A stretch of 7,524 bases of DNA from Vitrella brassicaformis CCMP3155. Taxonomy: Eukaryota > Protista > Chromerida. A program made the position numbers and the translations under genes. The notes below the pieces were generated by a model. The model ran no database searches. It worked only from the letters and a program-made list of their open reading frames with translations, and was not told where the DNA came from. How positions within the stretch are numbered: the first letter of the stretch is position 1; the number at the start of each line of letters is the position of its first letter. Shown here piece after piece: positions 7,288-7,524 of the stretch. The stretch is taken from contig CDMY01000974.1 in assembly GCA_001179505.1 (NCBI GenBank), positions 1-7,524 of the forward strand. The letters run 5' to 3'.

Positions 7288-7524
7288 CTAATGGGCCGCC
7301 GCCTTGGAGAGATCTGAGAGGGACACATTAACGAGCAGGAGGACCAGAAGGCATGCATCCATGCGACCACAATATGTGTCTGTGTAGTGCTGCCCGCCCA
7401 CCCGCTCGCTCACCAGTGGTGGTGTGTTGGATGAACTCCTCCGCCCGCCCCTCCATCTCCCTCCAGCTCGGGTATCTCCCACCCGACCCGCTTGTGTCGC
7501 AGCAGAAGGCGAAGAAAGCCACCG
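7288..7524 (-). CDS. Probable last two exons (>7524-7414, 7313-7288) of a minus-strand gene entering from the right
   Basis: Intron 7413-7314 (gtgagc..ctctcag). In phase 1 the product is ...VAFFAFCCDTSGSGGRYPSWREMEGRAEEFIQHTTTDLSKAAAH*. A phase-0 reading that joins the cadherin-like frame instead cannot be excluded. Confidence 0.4.
   Translation of the reverse strand, partial: RWLSSPSAATQAGRVGDTRAGGRWRGGRRSSSNTPPLVSERVGGQHYTDTYCGRMDACLLVLLLVNVSLSDLSKAAAH

Overview
This is intron-dense eukaryotic genomic DNA, not prokaryotic. It has short GT-AG introns (64-118 nt) with GTGAGT-type donors and (TG)n-YAG acceptors, a style resembling chromerid alveolates such as Vitrella brassicaformis (inference, not proven). 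Most six-frame ORFs are artefacts of spliced genes. Manual splicing gives four things: (1) a + strand gene from 52 with a likely signal peptide and a repeat resembling bacterial adhesin cadherin-like/Ig-like domains, with a frame problem near 546-570; (2) a 10-exon + strand gene (1187-2915, about 285 aa) whose N-terminus comes from a roughly 200-bp tandem array of whole exon+intron units, each internal exon starting with its own ATG; (3) a poorly resolved middle region (3000-6080) with orphan exon/intron signals and short dispersed repeats; (4) a minus-strand mosaic locus (6083-7524) with a second cadherin-like fragment, a 21-bp dispersed direct repeat and a 44-bp tandem duplication that both change frame. 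There is no evidence for rRNA, tRNA, CRISPR or a recognisable transposase.
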